Shown: piece by piece, positions 60,677 through 64,000 of the stretch | Position numbering within the stretch: the first letter of the stretch is position 1 | Layout: the number at the start of each line of letters is the position of its first letter | DNA from: Christensenellales bacterium | Lineage (GTDB): Bacteria > Bacillota > Clostridia > Christensenellales > UBA1431 | Reading direction: 5' to 3' | Length of the DNA stretch: 64,000 bases | Assembly: GCA_040772545.1 (NCBI GenBank) | Contig: JAXGXY010000001.1 | Span: 4,993-68,992 of the forward strand | Notes under the pieces: model-generated | Told to the model about the DNA's origin: nothing | Database searches by the model: none | Seen by the model: the letters and a program-made list of their open reading frames with translations, nothing else | Program-made: the position numbers and the translations under genes

Positions 60677-62680
60677 TCAATCTCCTTGTGCAGTAAATCT
60701 GTCAACTTGTACGGGAACAATAAAAGCATTAGAGTATGTTTTCATACGAATAAATCCTTTATCACTCCCGGAACTGTATCGGATTAAACTATCACAAAAG
60801 TCCTCAAAATCGTAAAACTTTTTGATTTCCTTTAATTCATCATCATTGTTTAGATGAGCGATAAACCAGTTTTGAGTGTTCTTTAATATATTAGATGAAA
60901 TGGAACTAACTTCTTGTGTAGCATAAATAAGTCCGATATTTAATTTTGCACCTTCTTTGGCTATACGATTATATACTCGGCTCAAATCCTTATCATCCTT
61001 TTGAGGAAACAAGTTATGTGCTTCTTCAAAGTAAAACTGAATAAAGTTATTCGGGCGATTGTTAACAAAATTATCCATAGAATTTCTAAAGACGCTTAAA
61101 CAGATTTTTTCTGCAAATGTTTTTTGAATGTTAGGATCACCCTGAGATAAATCAATAATTACGATATCTCCACGTCTAAGACAGTTGACGATATCAGTTT
61201 CAAAGGATGTATCAGATTGTATAGTATGATAATCTTTCAGTGGTACCAGCTTTCTAAAACCACTTAGACTAGCAACACCAGACAAATTACGCTTTCTAGT
61301 CAAGAACACCAAAAGAGCCTTCAAATCCTCATCTACCCAGTCATGGCCTTTTTGTGAGCGATAGTTTACAAAAAACGGATCATCTTGGTTATCCGCTACC
61401 CATGTCCAAAATGCAAGTGCATCATCGAGGCTTATTCCGCTAGAAGGATCAAGTGTCTTCCCTGACATTATTTTGCTATTAATATCTCTATGTCCAGAAA
61501 ACTTAACTTTGTGATTTTTCGGAACTATAAAGCCTGCGGCCTTTAAACAGCATTGATAAACTGCTACCTTACGTGCCCACCTAGTATACGCTGAACCGAA
61601 TTTATCTTCTGGTTCTTCAAAATCAACAGAAATAAAGCTCTTAATATAATCGCCGGTTTCGTCTGCAAGTAAACTGCTTATTAATTCATACCCAACAGCA
61701 ATATCCTTAAAAAAGTTTACCTTTAATACCTTGAAACCAGGTTTATCAAGAACACTGTATCGTGTTGTAATACTTGAGTATTTTTCAAATATAGCGGTTC
61801 CTTCATCTTGTAAATTCGCATTTGCGTATTCACCATTCATGTCAAAGATAATCTGCCCGACTTTATATTTTGGAATTCCTTCATCATTAAATTGCTTGAC
61901 ATTATCAATAGGAGAGGTTGTTGATGCATTAGTACATATCTCTTTAGCTTTATTGCTTATTTCTGTTGTAGCTTCAATAATCTTCTTTACAGTATTTGAT
62001 TTACCGGTTCTTGTCATTCCAAAAAGAGCTGTCCGCTTTCCAAGAAAGTCGCTGGGACTAACATAAACGGGGACATCTGTGTGTGCTTCTTGAAAACGAC
62101 GGCTTGAACTGTACCTTATCTTACCGATTCGATAATCAGTTGTACTTCCAACAGATGTATTTCCATCTCTAAAATTAACTATTTGTTCCAGTATTTCTCC
62201 TACTGGTTTGTAAGCAACATAATTATGCGCGCTATAGTAGTTTTCAACATCAGCTCCGAATTGAATTTTTCCATTGCTATCACGGAAAAATGTTCCCAAA
62301 ATACGGCATTCAAGTCCTGAGAAGCTGAATGTGTATTTTGTAAAGTCATCAAGTTGACTTTTTTTGCCCGATGTCTTCAAGTTGTCCTTATAGTACTCTA
62401 CCATAGAAGCAATAACATCGTTATCAGTTGGTAGTTTCGCTGGCTTAATTGCTCTTAGCAAAAGACATTCATCAACATCATCATTTTCGTTTTCATAGAA
62501 AGCAAGAATAAAGGTACCTTGAGGAATACCGCCTACCCTTTCTTTCCACGCGTCTGTTATCAGCAGATATGCTTTATCAAAATCGAGGTAAAATGGTCTT
62601 CCGACGAACAAATCGGGCTTTTTAGCTTCTTTAAAAATATCTACTATTGCCAGGTTTTGTACTTCTTGCATCAGTCCCAT
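60677..62680 (-). CDS. HerA/DUF87-type (FtsK-HerA superfamily) ATPase
   Basis: 667 aa. Walker A LFGMTRTGKSNT (aa 219-230), Walker B-like FYFEEAHNLFP, and the later blocks GLIYATQEVSSIS and NWFIAHLNN are typical of the DUF87/HerA core. Confidence 0.75.
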   Translation of the reverse strand: MGLMQEVQNLAIVDIFKEAKKPDLFVGRPFYLDFDKAYLLITDAWKERVGGIPQGTFILAFYENENDDVDECLLLRAIKPAKLPTDNDVIASMVEYYKDNLKTSGKKSQLDDFTKYTFSFSGLECRILGTFFRDSNGKIQFGADVENYYSAHNYVAYKPVGEILEQIVNFRDGNTSVGSTTDYRIGKIRYSSSRRFQEAHTDVPVYVSPSDFLGKRTALFGMTRTGKSNTVKKIIEATTEISNKAKEICTNASTTSPIDNVKQFNDEGIPKYKVGQIIFDMNGEYANANLQDEGTAIFEKYSSITTRYSVLDKPGFKVLKVNFFKDIAVGYELISSLLADETGDYIKSFISVDFEEPEDKFGSAYTRWARKVAVYQCCLKAAGFIVPKNHKVKFSGHRDINSKIMSGKTLDPSSGISLDDALAFWTWVADNQDDPFFVNYRSQKGHDWVDEDLKALLVFLTRKRNLSGVASLSGFRKLVPLKDYHTIQSDTSFETDIVNCLRRGDIVIIDLSQGDPNIQKTFAEKICLSVFRNSMDNFVNNRPNNFIQFYFEEAHNLFPQKDDKDLSRVYNRIAKEGAKLNIGLIYATQEVSSISSNILKNTQNWFIAHLNNDDELKEIKKFYDFEDFCDSLIRYSSGSDKGFIRMKTYSNAFIVPVQVDRFTAQGD

Positions 62681-62685
62681 ATTTA

Positions 62686-63693
62686 TTATTCCTCCGTTTT
62701 TATTTTTGCTTTTAATGAAGGCTCCTCAAAACGAATCATAGACTGCTTTCCGTAATCTTCGTTAGCCTCAATGCTAATCCATTTGCGTTTTGCTCTTTCG
62801 GCACAAAATCCGGTTGTGTTGCTTCCTCCAAATGGGTCAAGAACAATATCGCCTTCATCTGTAAGAAATTCAATAAAAAAACTCGCTAATTCAAGAGGCA
62901 TTCGTGCAGGATGCGGTGTTATTCCACGTTGCTTACATGTTTTTGTAAAAAAATCATTTGATTTGGTGTTTGAAATACTAAACATTGAATATGGAAGGCG
63001 TAATTCTTTATTTTCATCAATTTGTTCCAATTCTAGTACATTGTGCGATATACTTCCTTTGTTATCAGATAAAAATCCTTTTTCACTAATAACATGTTCA
63101 GACGGCCGCTTCCCAGAATTGAATTTTCCAGATTTCAAAAGCCGCTTCATGCTCTTGCTATACGGTCGTAAAACTCTGCGGTTATCTGCTTTGGGAAAAT
63201 CAGAATTTGCCATCCACCAAATGTGAGTAAAGCTGTCAATTGCACGTATTCGATTAATCGTAACCCATTGAGCAGGTGATGGTAACCTTGCTGGATTATA
63301 GCAAACAAATTCTTGACATAATCTCAAGCCAGCTCGTTCGTTATTAACGAAACTTAAAAGAGAATTAATAGTAAGAAGTGACTGCACAGGCCGGTTCTTT
63401 TCCCATGCATTCCCCATTTCTATTACAATCGATCCATCTGGAGTCAGCACACTGGATAATATTTCCGCGAGCCCGCTAAACCATTGCAAATAATCATCAC
63501 CAGTTAAATTTCCGTATTGCTTTTTATTGTTTAGAGGAAATGGGGGAGATGTCAAGATAAGCTGTACTTTACCTTTAAGGTTCAGACGGCCTATTGTTTC
63601 TTCGCATTTTCCTATGTAATATTTCCCGTAATCAGTGCTATAAAGCTGATTATACATACGCATCCATCCTTTACTGTTATCGTTTTTCCGCAA
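62686..63693 (-). CDS. beta-class N4-cytosine/N6-adenine DNA methyltransferase (SPPF catalytic motif)
   Basis: Motif IV LILTSPPFP is N-terminal and motif I VLDPFGGSNTTG is C-terminal, which is the beta permutation. SPPF favours m4C. The maximal ORF starts at TTG 63693; ATG 63663 or 63657 are likelier starts. Confidence 0.85.
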   Translation of the reverse strand: MRKNDNSKGWMRMYNQLYSTDYGKYYIGKCEETIGRLNLKGKVQLILTSPPFPLNNKKQYGNLTGDDYLQWFSGLAEILSSVLTPDGSIVIEMGNAWEKNRPVQSLLTINSLLSFVNNERAGLRLCQEFVCYNPARLPSPAQWVTINRIRAIDSFTHIWWMANSDFPKADNRRVLRPYSKSMKRLLKSGKFNSGKRPSEHVISEKGFLSDNKGSISHNVLELEQIDENKELRLPYSMFSISNTKSNDFFTKTCKQRGITPHPARMPLELASFFIEFLTDEGDIVLDPFGGSNTTGFCAERAKRKWISIEANEDYGKQSMIRFEEPSLKAKIKTEE

Positions 63694-63719
63694 ATACCAG
63701 CAGATGATCTAAACACCTA

Positions 63720-63743
63720 AAACTCGCACATTGGTGCGAGTTT
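63720..63743 (-). terminator. hairpin between the edge gene and the methyltransferase operon
   Basis: 10-bp stem AAACTCGCAC/GTGCGAGTTT with a 4-nt loop. On the minus strand it is followed by TAGGTGTTTAG, a weak U tract. Confidence 0.4.
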
Positions 63744-63751
63744 AGCATGTG

Positions 63752-64000
63752 TCAATCTAACAGCGAACCTTGCGGAGCAAGTGAGTTCGGCTTAAGAATA
63801 TGTGATTTCATTATTTGGCTTCCAGCATACATCTTGTATTCGATGCCGCTATGAACTGCCATGATAGTTGCGGCTTCCGCTTTTGCTTTTACGACTGCAT
63901 CGTCTATTTTATCGTCGCCCTTTACCTCAATAAGCTGATATGAGCCGTCAGCCATCTCTGCAAAGAAGTCGGGGTAGTAGAGGCGGATGCGCCGTGACTC
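63752..64000 (-). CDS. C-terminal PD-(D/E)xK nuclease domain of a larger protein (gene runs off the right edge)
   Basis: The frame stays open upstream of the listed Met to base 64000: ...ESRRIRLYYPDFFAEMADGSYQLIEVKGDDKIDDAVVKAKAEAA... The YxPDF...EVKG pattern is seen at the C-termini of Res-type helicase-nucleases and in TnsA-like endonucleases. Confidence 0.55.
   Translation of the reverse strand, partial: ESRRIRLYYPDFFAEMADGSYQLIEVKGDDKIDDAVVKAKAEAATIMAVHSGIEYKMYAGSQIMKSHILKPNSLAPQGSLLD

Larger units (their letters stand above)
59175..64000. mobile_element. AT-rich foreign island inserted in or replacing the prophage lysis region (right end outside the window)
   Basis: Hand-counted 60-nt lines give about 30-38% GC inside, against ~58% just to the left. 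All genes are on the minus strand. Subterminal direct repeats lie at the left junction. Confidence 0.7.

Noticed and set aside
61731-63226. Plus-strand ORFs (111, 78 and 151 aa) inside the island
   Set aside because: They are antisense to the HerA-like and methyltransferase genes, and they are hydrophobic or low-complexity translations of AT-rich antisense sequence with no SD.

Overview
This 64-kb window comes from a high-GC (about 58-60% in hand-counted lines), spore-forming Bacillota genome that looks Clostridia-like; that assignment is inferred from the gene content. It has three parts. (1) Bases 1-26,500 are ordinary housekeeping genes: the sleB end and ypeB, DUF1934, rho, a DeoC-like aldolase, rpmE, DUF1385-prmC-prfA, a ZIP transporter, tsaC/ywlC, ywlE, rpiB, a nine-gene V/A-type ATPase operon, a long-form SRP RNA that the ORF track misses, a QueG-like Fe-S protein, a Zn-phospholipase-C-like protein, ktrB/ktrA and tRNA-Ser(GGA). 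(2) Bases ~26,500-59,175 are a temperate prophage placed directly 3' of tRNA-Ser. In order it carries integrase, a CI/Cro switch, a Sak4/DUF669/helicase/primase replication module with an iteron array, RusA, a late regulator, lambda-type packaging and head genes (Nu1-like, GpA, W, portal, protease, decoration, capsid E), and a contractile tail and baseplate with a G/GT-type -1 frameshift. (3) At ~59,175 the phage amidase endolysin is cut after 46 codons and the sequence becomes AT-rich (about 30-38% GC in hand-counted lines). This island carries three subterminal 17-bp direct repeats. It also carries a translationally coupled minus-strand operon encoding an SPPF-type beta-class DNA methyltransferase, a HerA/DUF87 ATPase and a NurA-like nuclease with a zinc-ribbon insert. 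A further gene ending in a PD-(D/E)xK domain runs off the right edge. The methyltransferase-HerA-NurA operon is the best candidate for an uncharacterised, methylation-linked defence system. All functional calls rest on motifs and synteny read by eye; no database search was run.
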